DNA of 64,000 nt from Candidatus Poribacteria bacterium (GTDB taxonomy: Bacteria > Poribacteria > WGA-4E > PCPOR2b). The notes beneath the pieces are model-generated. The model searched no databases and was not told where the DNA came from. It saw nothing but the letters and a program-made list of their open reading frames with translations. Of the stretch, positions 1 to 8,706 are shown one piece after another (position 1 is the stretch's first letter; every line of letters begins with the position of its first letter). The translations under genes were made by a program, and so were the position numbers. The stretch lies in contig OZ220744.1 in NCBI GenBank assembly GCA_965116925.1, positions 4,160,001 to 4,224,000 of the forward strand, written 5' to 3'.

Positions 1-398
1 CTAACCTCCGCCGTAAAAAATATCCCTTTGGGGTGCACAGTCTGGCATGAGCCGATGTGCACCACACGATTAATACCGCGCTGTCGTGCGGATTCCAGCA
101 CATTCCACAAACCCTTCAAATTAATCAAGAATGACTGCGAATCATCAACGCCGTAGCCCCCGAAAGAGACTGCGAGATGAATAATCGCGTCCATCCCCTC
201 TGTGGCGTTGTGAACAGCGGAGAAGTCCACAATATCTCCGTGGATGACCTCCCCGCCCTGCCATTCGCCATCAATATCCTTCCAACCCTCCCATGCCTCC
301 GGTCCCCGATCAAAGGCACGAACCTGATATTTGCCTTTTAGATTGGCAAGCACAGCTCGCCCCATCCAGCCGGCTGCGCCAAACACCACAACCTTCAT
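1..398 (-). CDS. NAD-dependent epimerase/dehydratase (extended SDR), truncated by window edge
   Basis: Manual translation MKVVVFGAAGWMGRAVL...HGDIVDF...DAIIHLA...INLKGLWNVLESA; GxxGxxG Rossmann motif; AAAGGA upstream; absent from ORF track because it runs off the edge. Confidence 0.85.
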   Translation of the reverse strand, partial: MKVVVFGAAGWMGRAVLANLKGKYQVRAFDRGPEAWEGWKDIDGEWQGGEVIHGDIVDFSAVHNATEGMDAIIHLAVSFGGYGVDDSQSFLINLKGLWNVLESARQRGINRVVHIGSCQTVHPKGIFFTAEV

Positions 399-420
399 TC
401 GTCTTATTCCTTTCGTAACC

Positions 421-1227
421 CTATTGGATTACACTTGATTTCAGTAACCCCCAAGTGGTTGTCAACTTGCCCTGCGCCTCCACAGCGAAAGGATTCTTTT
501 CAGGTTCAGTGACATACACGTTATCTACCTCGATGACCGCCTCTAGTGTCCCAAAACCGATTCGCCCCTCTCCCTGTATATTGAAATCCTTCACATCAAA
601 GAGGGCAGGACCGTAATCACCTAAGGCCGCTGCTCCAGCATTATCTGTGAGGAAAACACGGTAGCCTGCCGAGTGATTTTCGACCTTGATCCAGTAGTCT
701 TTGCCCCTATCAACTTTCGTTTTCGTTTCGGTTTTTTCAAACTCTTTCACAATGTGCCGTATATGCCGCATCACAACGGATCTTTTTCCATCTTTGTTCA
801 GTTCCCAGTAAATGACATGACGACGCAGGCTCTGTTGCATCCGGGGTGGCAGAGTATCCTTACCGCCAAAACCCGCCCCTTCATCACTGTGGAATCGCCA
901 AATGAGGAGTGGACCTTGACCGGCCGCAAGCTTGACCGTTGAATAGAACCAATAGTCATTCCATTCTTCATCCCAATGACCATCGGATACAAGGATCAGA
1001 TTTTTACCGTTTCGCTGGTTCTGTGTCAATTTGCCATTTTTAATAGCCCACGCTCCAGAAACCGTGTGCCATTTTCCTGTACCGTTCAATTTGTCATTCG
1101 CCTTATCGAAAGTATCTTCAAACAAGACTTTCTGTGCTTGAGCCAAAGTTGGTAGGATAAGGATGCCCGCTACAATAAACATTACGGCGAGAATCCATTG
1201 CTTTTGAGAAATTGTCTTAGGAAACAT
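421..1227 (-). CDS. Secreted ConA-like/DUF1080-like beta-sandwich protein with Poribacteria-type C-terminal tail
   Basis: Signal peptide (AQA-Q); LFEDTFD...GRIGFG...EVDNVYV pattern; ends AVEAQGKLTTTWGLLKS; GGGAGG RBS. Confidence 0.65.
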   Translation of the reverse strand: MFPKTISQKQWILAVMFIVAGILILPTLAQAQKVLFEDTFDKANDKLNGTGKWHTVSGAWAIKNGKLTQNQRNGKNLILVSDGHWDEEWNDYWFYSTVKLAAGQGPLLIWRFHSDEGAGFGGKDTLPPRMQQSLRRHVIYWELNKDGKRSVVMRHIRHIVKEFEKTETKTKVDRGKDYWIKVENHSAGYRVFLTDNAGAAALGDYGPALFDVKDFNIQGEGRIGFGTLEAVIEVDNVYVTEPEKNPFAVEAQGKLTTTWGLLKSSVIQ

Positions 1228-1431
1228 GGTGAATCCTCCCTTTCATTTTAGCAGCCAGACGGGTAAAAGCATCATAATAGACGCTTTAGAAATCTGTTAA
1301 TCGACACTTATAGAAATTATACCCTATTATCCCCCTAGTTTCCAACATGATCTGAACGGTATAGTAATTTTTCGTGGAACTTATCTATATGTACAGTGTG
1401 TTACCCTTCAAACCATAAGGGAGGTTAAAAA

Positions 1432-1823
1432 GTCAGCTACCCCGCCCTGAAGGACGGTGCTTGTTTGTCCGTCCAACGGGTCTTATTGGGATACGCGGTC
1501 TTGGCTCGTAACTTTACACACCCGCCACCGCACGGTCGCAGCAACCGTTTAGAAGCCGTTGCAATCCGTCGGTGACGAAATTGTTTCGACTTCCGGGTGA
1601 AACCTCAGACATACTGCTTGGTAGGCTTTGCCTACGCAATTTTACCTTTCACATCGAAGGGAGAGGGCAGCGAAAAACGAGCGTTTCTCCTAAGTCATCG
1701 AGTTACGAGCATTATTCTCTCACAAATCTACCTAAAAAGTGTAAGGTAGATTCCAAAAACAACAAAAAAGGAGCGCAGTTTCCTCCCCGCTCTAAAGAAC
1801 GGGGTCTCCACTGCGAAGATTTG
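1432..1823. mobile_element. Non-autonomous IS200/IS605-family derivative (no tnpA/tnpB ORF)
   Basis: Two related subterminal hairpins (GTCAGCTACCCCGCCCTGAAGGACGGTGCTTG; TTCCTCCCCGCTCTAAAGAACGGGGTCTCCACTGCGAAGATTTG) typical of IS605/IscB/TnpB ends; abuts ATGA; no target duplication. Confidence 0.75.
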
Positions 1824-3338
1824 ATGAAAGCGAATGTATTTCAAACGCGCAGCGTCATTCTCATCTGTGTACTCGCCTTTGGCATACTCCAACATGCTGC
1901 ATGGGCGGCAGATGAACGGCAGACATTGCAAGCACTCAGCAAAAGTTTTACCGTGCTCGCACAGGAAGTTGGAGAAGTAGTTGTTGGAATTGAAACTGAG
2001 CAATCCGACAGAGATAAGGATTGGAAACCTCGCTTTGAAAACTTTGAACGTCGCGACGTATTCCCGTTTGCTCCAGAGGAATTTCATCGTTGGTTGCGCC
2101 CAAACTCAGGCCGAGATGAAAAGTCGGAAGATTACTTTTTCTTCTCCCCTGATCCGCATCAGGAAAAGCGGGAGTATAATGTGATACCTAAAGATATACT
2201 CCCGCACGAGATTGGAAATAAAGTCAATTTCGGATCCGGTATTTTGCTTGATGAACAGGGGCACATTGCTACCGTTGTTGAATTGGTTAACAACAGCAAG
2301 GAAATTACTATCACACTTCAGAACAGCACACGCCTTGATGCTGACGTAGTTGCATCTGACGAAGACACAGGAATTGCTGTGCTGAAAGTTGATACCGATG
2401 GACTTCCAATGACGAAGTTCGGTGACTCGGATGATGTCGTCCTTGGTGAATTGATGGTTGCCTTCGGGCATACCGAAAATCAGGAACCTGCGATTTCCTT
2501 GGGGATGGTCAGCGGCGTTGGACGCAATCCACACATCGTCAATTATGAAAACTGGTTCGCAATTGACACGAATCAGCGTCCCGGTTTAGGTGGTAGTGCA
2601 ATTGTCAGCGCAAAAGGTGAAATCATCGGCATGACCGCTGGCAGCCCATCAAAGGGCGCGTTTGCCATACCGATTAACACAGTTAGGCAGGTCGCTATGG
2701 AATTAATCGAACATGGAAAGGTCCTACGCGGATGGCTTGGTGTTTCGATTCAGGAGATTAATTCAGATCTGGCTGAGAAACTGGGGTTGGATAGACCGAT
2801 GGGTGCCTTAATCAGCAATGTCTATGATGAGACACCTGCTGCAGAATTTGGCTTACAAAGAGGTGATGTAATCGTCGCTATTAACGGTGAAGCGATTAAG
2901 AATGTGAATCACCTCCGCACTACAGTTGCCATGTATAAGCCAACAACCACTGTCTCGGTTTCCATTCTGCGGGATGGTCAAACGCAAGACATCTCTGTGA
3001 CGCTTGGTGAACGTTCCGCACGGGTTGTTCAACATGGCAAAGATTCTGAGGGACACGTAGATCTTTGGAAAGGCCTCTCCGTTCAGAACCTGACAGCCGA
3101 TCTGGCTGAAAAGCTTGGACACACTTCTGACAAAGGGGTGTTAATTGCTGGTGTGACGCCGGGCAGTGTGGCTGCTAAAGCGGGACTCCGCAAAGGGGAC
3201 CTAATTCTTGAGGTCGAGAATCAGCCTGTTCACAGCGTAGCAGAGTTCAAATCGGCAGTGGAGAGGGTGATAAGTGAAGACAAAGTCTTGCTACTCGTAA
3301 AACATGAGGGGCAAGCACGGTATGTCACCGTCAAGTAA
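1824..3338 (+). CDS. HtrA/DegP-like protein (trypsin-like domain + 2 PDZ), catalytic triad absent
   Basis: Signal peptide from MKANVF; GSGILLD, RGWLGVSIQ and two PDZ domains; triad positions substituted; start moved from 1572 (inside the mobile element) to 1824. Confidence 0.85.
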   Translation: MKANVFQTRSVILICVLAFGILQHAAWAADERQTLQALSKSFTVLAQEVGEVVVGIETEQSDRDKDWKPRFENFERRDVFPFAPEEFHRWLRPNSGRDEKSEDYFFFSPDPHQEKREYNVIPKDILPHEIGNKVNFGSGILLDEQGHIATVVELVNNSKEITITLQNSTRLDADVVASDEDTGIAVLKVDTDGLPMTKFGDSDDVVLGELMVAFGHTENQEPAISLGMVSGVGRNPHIVNYENWFAIDTNQRPGLGGSAIVSAKGEIIGMTAGSPSKGAFAIPINTVRQVAMELIEHGKVLRGWLGVSIQEINSDLAEKLGLDRPMGALISNVYDETPAAEFGLQRGDVIVAINGEAIKNVNHLRTTVAMYKPTTTVSVSILRDGQTQDISVTLGERSARVVQHGKDSEGHVDLWKGLSVQNLTADLAEKLGHTSDKGVLIAGVTPGSVAAKAGLRKGDLILEVENQPVHSVAEFKSAVERVISEDKVLLLVKHEGQARYVTVK

Positions 3339-3452
3339 AAACGGGTTCAGATTGTTCAAAACCTGAACACCCCTGTTAAATATTTGCACAAAACTTGACA
3401 TCTTAACGAAGTTATGTTCTAATTATTTCAGGCTTCGGCGGGATGTCAGTCT

Positions 3453-3467
3453 TGGCACAAAGATTGC
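3453..3467 (+). promoter_or_regulatory. Putative sigma54 (-24/-12) promoter
   Basis: TGGCAC-AAAGA-TTGC matches TGGCAC-N5-TTGC, ~190 bp upstream of the cytochrome gene. Confidence 0.6.
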
Positions 3468-3656
3468 GTATTACTATTGTAATCACATTTGCCTCCAAAA
3501 ATTAATAGCCGGGTCAGTTTTGGGAATTGTGGTTTCCCTAGGTATTTTTCATTCGTTTCGAGGTCCGACTGGCACTCGCCTCGCCTATCAACTGGAATGC
3601 TTCCGTTGAAACGACATTTCCATCACCTGACCCGGCTTTTTTATTACGGATCCACG

Positions 3657-4553
3657 ATGAATCCATTCATTCAAATCGCTCAAGGTGTTATTGGAGCGAT
3701 TCTTATATCTGCCTTCTTCATTCTCAGATCAAGTTTCGGTGAAGCACGGCATACGCTTAGCATCATCGGTGCTATCATTATCTTTATCGCAAGTGGCTAC
3801 ATTCTGCGAACACGGTTAATCCGATGGGGGAGCCGGCAGGTCTGGCTCAAATACCATCAAAGGCTCGCATCGTTAGGATTATCGCTTGTTCTCATCCACT
3901 CAGCAGCCCAACCGCTCGTTTGGCATTCGTGGTTGGCGTTTACGTTAGCACTACTCAATCTTGGCACGGGTGTCGCGGTCAGTTTCACCACACATCGCGC
4001 ACGGCGGATTCTTCTCCGCTGCCATCTGGCACTTGCACCAATCTTGCTGCTTTCCGTTGTCCTACATGGTAGAGAAAAGTTAGACCACGATGAATTCTTT
4101 CCTTTGACTGAGGTTCACGACATCCCATGTGCGAAATGCCATACGTCGGAGAAACTGCTATTTACGATTGATCCACACTTTCAGAGCGATTTAGATAGTG
4201 GAGGGATTGTCTCAGAGGACTTGCAGTGGGAGTTTAATCTGCATGGGACTTCCCTCTCTCGACAGACAACGATTTCAACAAAAGAGACGGATAATCGCTG
4301 GCTGGTAACCGATGAAAAAAACGAGGGTGAATATACAGTCAAGAAAGCGGACGATCGGCTAAGTGTCCATACAGATGCTGTGTACGAGGCTTATACCTGT
4401 CTCACCTGTCATGTTCACAATACCCCGGAGATCCAATTTGACCACGAAAGTCATGGGGTCAAATCCTATAATGCCTGCCTCAACTGCCATCAGACTGTTA
4501 TCAATGGGGTAAAATACGGAACTCGAAAGGCGAATTGGGAGTATAATCCGTGA
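3657..4553 (+). CDS. Integral membrane protein with His-containing TM bundle fused to a triheme c-type cytochrome domain
   Basis: Several TM helices with WLKYH, LIH, RCH, VLH histidines; CAKCH, CLTCH, CLNCH motifs; start set at MNPFIQ. Confidence 0.75.
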   Translation: MNPFIQIAQGVIGAILISAFFILRSSFGEARHTLSIIGAIIIFIASGYILRTRLIRWGSRQVWLKYHQRLASLGLSLVLIHSAAQPLVWHSWLAFTLALLNLGTGVAVSFTTHRARRILLRCHLALAPILLLSVVLHGREKLDHDEFFPLTEVHDIPCAKCHTSEKLLFTIDPHFQSDLDSGGIVSEDLQWEFNLHGTSLSRQTTISTKETDNRWLVTDEKNEGEYTVKKADDRLSVHTDAVYEAYTCLTCHVHNTPEIQFDHESHGVKSYNACLNCHQTVINGVKYGTRKANWEYNP

Positions 4554-4598
4554 TAAGTTGCGAGACAACCACGCTTGATTGGCGATAAGGAGTTGTGC

Positions 4599-5258
4599 AT
4601 GCCTCAAAGCTTCAAACCGGTGACGGTTGGGATATCGGGTGGTTCAGCATCAGGAAAAACGACATTAGCCAAAGTACTGGCAGAAGCACTCGAAGAATTT
4701 TCGCCGGTGATTTTGCACCAAGATTACTACTTCAGGGATTGGTCGGAATACCCGCCGGAAGAACGGGAGAAGGTCATTACTGCAAATCATCCGGAGGCAG
4801 TTCGGTGGGAGGCACTGCTTGGGCATATCCGTCAACTGATCGCACGTCAACCGATTGAAACGCCGCCCGAAGGAACGCGGTCGTTTGCACGAGGAGATGC
4901 GCCTGCCACAATTCAGCCGAGTGATCTGATTATCGTCGAAGGGCATCTTATCCTATGGGAGGCAGCGCTCAGAGACCTGATGGATGTCAAACTCTTCGTT
5001 GATGTTGAACCGCATGAACGGGTGCTGCGCCGTCTGCTACGAGATGTCGCACAACGCGGTGGCGACCTTGAGGGGGCGGTCGCATGGTATCGTCGGGATG
5101 TTATCCCCAATTTCTCAGTTTACACCGAGCCGTGTAAGGCGTATGCGGATCTCGTTGTGCCTTTCCTAGATGAGAATCCCGTGGCGTTGCAGACCCTCGT
5201 TTCAGGGGTACGGGATCGGATTATGAATCAATGTGCTTCGGTGAAACCTGAGATGTGA
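4599..5258 (+). CDS. udk: Uridine kinase family protein
   Basis: GISGGSASGKTT Walker A, HQDYYF, NHPEA, IIVEG, RRLLRD motifs; AAGGAG RBS before ATG 4599. Confidence 0.8.
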   Translation: MPQSFKPVTVGISGGSASGKTTLAKVLAEALEEFSPVILHQDYYFRDWSEYPPEEREKVITANHPEAVRWEALLGHIRQLIARQPIETPPEGTRSFARGDAPATIQPSDLIIVEGHLILWEAALRDLMDVKLFVDVEPHERVLRRLLRDVAQRGGDLEGAVAWYRRDVIPNFSVYTEPCKAYADLVVPFLDENPVALQTLVSGVRDRIMNQCASVKPEM

Positions 5259-5300
5259 TGGGTAATAGAAATGCAGCCGTGTGCGCCTGATTAACAGATG

Positions 5301-6842
5301 CTATTCAACCGCTCCAATTGCTGCGGCTTGCGGCGCACGAGTTGGGATTCTTTGCTGCGCTTGCTTATCTGCCGGCACATAGCCGGAGTAATCTGAAATT
5401 TGACCGTGCGTTAGTGCATAGATGGCAACATTGGTCATAAAACGGTAGACGCCGGGCGAGTAGCGCACCCGACGGCTTGGCAGACTGATTGACTCCATCG
5501 CACACATATAGTCTCGACGAATGATCAGCACAGAAAGTTTGTCGCCGATAAAAATGCCTTCAAGAAAATTCCGTGATAGATTATAAGCAGGGCGTCCACT
5601 CGTTAAAAAAAAACCGATTGTCCTACCGGGATGGTAAATGTCAAAGCCGATGGGTGGTCCACCCATCTGATAGAAGTTGTGATAAATTTCATGGCTGTTG
5701 GGGATACGTCCCACATGATATTCTGGCATGATGTGCCGCATATTAGTCAGAAATAGACGGGTCATTGATTGGTCAGCAGCATGGGTACCACAGTCATCAA
5801 AAATGAGGAACCCTTCTTTTTCAACCAGATAGCGCCGCAACGAGACCGCTTCTAATCGAGAGAATTGACTACTCTTGATACTGCGAAGCATTCGCCCGGT
5901 GTCCAATGCTCTTACACCTTTTGCTTTAGTAAGAGCGGGATTATGTCCAGTCATGACGAGAATCGGTGATTTCATCACATTGGCGTCAGTCAACTTTAGT
6001 GCTCCGCCCTCGACGTTCATGTCTGTTTTAATTTTCGTCCGTTCGTTCAACCACTTTGCCCACGCGTTCAACGAAGACGCATCTGCCCACCAATCAGAGA
6101 GGTCATGGCGAAGGCGCGTAAAACGAAAGATCCCACGAATATCACGACCTCTACCAACAACGCGGCCTCCCGGCTCGCCGCGGGGCAGGGGTGGCACTTC
6201 AAGATTACCAAGCATAACGCCATCAACTACCCCGTCCAAGGCGTCCCCGATGGCTCCAACCTCCTTGACCATCGCAAGTTCCAACGGCAACTTGAACCCA
6301 TCAGTGATCCTGACCTGCACAGTCCCCCCAGACGACATTCCACGACCACTGCCTCCAATCCCACGACTCATGCGCCCACCATTTTTACCTGTGCCTATGA
6401 CGACAAATGAAGATAATGCCAGCGCATCAGAAATAGGGGCATCTGTATGTGTTACGCCCTTAGGAATAAGTGTATTGGAGACCACTTTTGGCACATTGGG
6501 GTTGAGGGGGGCATTAAGTTTCAAGGCTTGATTTGAAAACGTGGAGACGGTCTGCGGTTGGACAGTGGCTGTACGAACGCCAGCCGCATTTGTCGTTCTC
6601 GGTTGGGTTTTAACCGGTTCAACGATGACCGTGTTTTTGACTGGCACCTCTGGCTTTTGAACGGGTTTGATGACGGGTTTCCGAACTTGGGGTTTGGGTG
6701 GCGGATTCGCTGGTTGCAAAACTTCAATGCCTATCAAATCCTTAAATGATTGGGTTTGTGTTACTAGATACCCTCCAATAATAGCAGCAAGACACAGATG
6801 GATTGCTAAAGAGATAAACCAAGAACGCGAAACGGTGGACAT
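5301..6842 (-). CDS. Membrane-anchored protein: TonB-like SxxxH TM, Pro-rich linker, C-terminal DUF4159-like domain
   Basis: SLAIHL TM; PPPKP linker; SDWWAD, PILVMTGH, LRRYLVEKEGFLIFDDC, IPNSHEIYHNFY, TNVAIYALTH motifs. Confidence 0.75.
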   Translation of the reverse strand: MSTVSRSWFISLAIHLCLAAIIGGYLVTQTQSFKDLIGIEVLQPANPPPKPQVRKPVIKPVQKPEVPVKNTVIVEPVKTQPRTTNAAGVRTATVQPQTVSTFSNQALKLNAPLNPNVPKVVSNTLIPKGVTHTDAPISDALALSSFVVIGTGKNGGRMSRGIGGSGRGMSSGGTVQVRITDGFKLPLELAMVKEVGAIGDALDGVVDGVMLGNLEVPPLPRGEPGGRVVGRGRDIRGIFRFTRLRHDLSDWWADASSLNAWAKWLNERTKIKTDMNVEGGALKLTDANVMKSPILVMTGHNPALTKAKGVRALDTGRMLRSIKSSQFSRLEAVSLRRYLVEKEGFLIFDDCGTHAADQSMTRLFLTNMRHIMPEYHVGRIPNSHEIYHNFYQMGGPPIGFDIYHPGRTIGFFLTSGRPAYNLSRNFLEGIFIGDKLSVLIIRRDYMCAMESISLPSRRVRYSPGVYRFMTNVAIYALTHGQISDYSGYVPADKQAQQRIPTRAPQAAAIGAVE

Positions 6843-6933
6843 AATTTTTATCCCCTTACTCCTGAAGTTTTATCATATGAATGACGCTTTAGCCAAGTGC
6901 TATGAGTCTATCGATTGGATTGCCATAAAACCC

Positions 6934-6960
6934 AAAAAGCGCCGCTAAACAGCGACGCTT
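6934..6960 (-). terminator. Probable intrinsic terminator after the 7024 lipoprotein gene
   Basis: Stem AAGCGTCGCT/AGCGGCGCTT running into a T-tract on the minus strand. Confidence 0.5.
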
Positions 6961-7023
6961 CGGTTTGAAAGCTAATGTTGTTGTTTCAGATAGGGCAGAT
7001 ACCATCATTCACGCCATGCCTCA

Positions 7024-8706
7024 TCATTCACGCCATGCCTGCTGGCTGATAATATCATCCTGCCCCAATTCATCGAAAATAAGGGCTGTATTGCTACCGT
7101 CGGCATCCATCATCCAGATACCCAAACTACCGTTGCGGTCACTGCTGAAGATTATCTTCGTCCCATCGGTAGACCAACACGGATACCCGTTGTAACCGAC
7201 CTCGCCCGTCAGGCGGGTTTGAACCAGCGAAAACAGATCTAGAACATACACCGCAGCGTTCAGCGGCGCGCTTTCCTTGGTAAACACCAATTTCGACCCG
7301 TCTGGACTCCAATCCGGGTGGATATCGTGGTGTGCACTAATTGTCAAACGTTGAATCCCTTCTTCGAGTGCTGGTGGATCGGCACTCGGTGCTTGGGGTG
7401 GGTCACCTTCACCTTCCTGTTTATCTTGCTCATCATCCGGCGTTTGATGAGGATCCGGCTCCGGTTCCGGCTTTTGGGGTGGGTCCGGTTCCGGCTCAGG
7501 CTCCGGTTCCGGCTCTGCTTCGGGTTCCGGTTCCGGCTCCGGTTCTGGTATGACTTGTGTTGGCGGTGCCTCCTTGGCGGCGAGAAATGTCTCAATATCC
7601 ACCACAAAAAGATTTCGTATCCCTTCGTTCAGAGCATGGTTATAGACGAGTTGAGTCCCATCGGGCGACCACGCAGGTCGAGAATCTGCGTGGCAGTCGG
7701 AAAGCCTGACACGATTGTCTCCGTTCACATTCATAGTGTAAATTGCAGGTTGACCCAACGCACGCGCATGAACAAATGCTAGACGACGACCATCGGGTGA
7801 CCACGCTGGATGACGATCATTAAAATGGTCTCCGCTGAGTGGCATCGCATTACCACCACGATTATCCATAATATAGATTTGTAGCGGACGATTGTTTTCT
7901 GAACGACTGAACGCTATTTCCATACCGTTAGGGGACCACGACGGGTTGACATCAAACACATGGGTCAACGCCTTTTCTCCATTCCGATCCGCGTTAATCA
8001 CTGAAATACCAAAAAAGTCATTACCCGCTACATTGCCACGCGCAAAAACTATCTGACCCCTTACTTGACGACGAATCGTGACCTTTTGGGAAATATCATT
8101 ATCACCTACAACTAGACCCGGTATATGCGTCGTCTGATAACCCGGCTTTTCCGCTGTCAAGTTGTACACGCCCTTCGATACAGGCGATATCTCATATTGA
8201 CCACCACCCTTGGTCACCGACGCACGGTCACCCAGAGTGATGAGAACATTGGAAACTGCATTGCCATCGTCCGATACCACTGTACCCTTAAACCTCACAC
8301 CCGGTTCAAGGCGAAAATGAACCGTCGCTGACTCTTTACGCGTCACCGTTACCGACGCTTGCTGGTCCAAGTAACCGGGCGCATAGATCTGTATTATATA
8401 GTCACCCGCTTTCAGTTCGCCAAAAAGGAAGTTACCACTCCCATCCGTCGTGACTGACGCTATCGATTCCTGTTCAAAATCTCCCCCCGGCAACTTTTTC
8501 GACGACGACAACGTCACTTGGATACCCCCAATCCCTTGCTCCGTTACCAAGTCTACAATCGTACCTTTGACCACGCCCTCCGGCGTTGATACTACCACAG
8601 GACCTACATCTACAACATCATCTTCGTCATCTCCACAACCTAATAAAAATAAAAATAGCGTCAAAGCAACAAAGCTGAAATAGGCGTAACGGATTAGGTT
8701 CGACAT
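7024..8706 (-). CDS. Lipoprotein: carboxypeptidase-regulatory-like beta domains + TolB-like PD40 propeller with Pro/Glu insert (copy 1)
   Basis: Lipobox LLGC; six P-x-WS(P/T)(D/N)G repeats; EPEP tract; alternative GTG start at 8754. Confidence 0.8.
   Translation of the reverse strand: MSNLIRYAYFSFVALTLFLFLLGCGDDEDDVVDVGPVVVSTPEGVVKGTIVDLVTEQGIGGIQVTLSSSKKLPGGDFEQESIASVTTDGSGNFLFGELKAGDYIIQIYAPGYLDQQASVTVTRKESATVHFRLEPGVRFKGTVVSDDGNAVSNVLITLGDRASVTKGGGQYEISPVSKGVYNLTAEKPGYQTTHIPGLVVGDNDISQKVTIRRQVRGQIVFARGNVAGNDFFGISVINADRNGEKALTHVFDVNPSWSPNGMEIAFSRSENNRPLQIYIMDNRGGNAMPLSGDHFNDRHPAWSPDGRRLAFVHARALGQPAIYTMNVNGDNRVRLSDCHADSRPAWSPDGTQLVYNHALNEGIRNLFVVDIETFLAAKEAPPTQVIPEPEPEPEPEAEPEPEPEPEPDPPQKPEPEPDPHQTPDDEQDKQEGEGDPPQAPSADPPALEEGIQRLTISAHHDIHPDWSPDGSKLVFTKESAPLNAAVYVLDLFSLVQTRLTGEVGYNGYPCWSTDGTKIIFSSDRNGSLGIWMMDADGSNTALIFDELGQDDIISQQAWRE

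Noticed and set aside
1572..1823. N-terminal extension of the HtrA-like ORF
   Set aside because: It lies inside the mobile element; the signal peptide begins at 1824.
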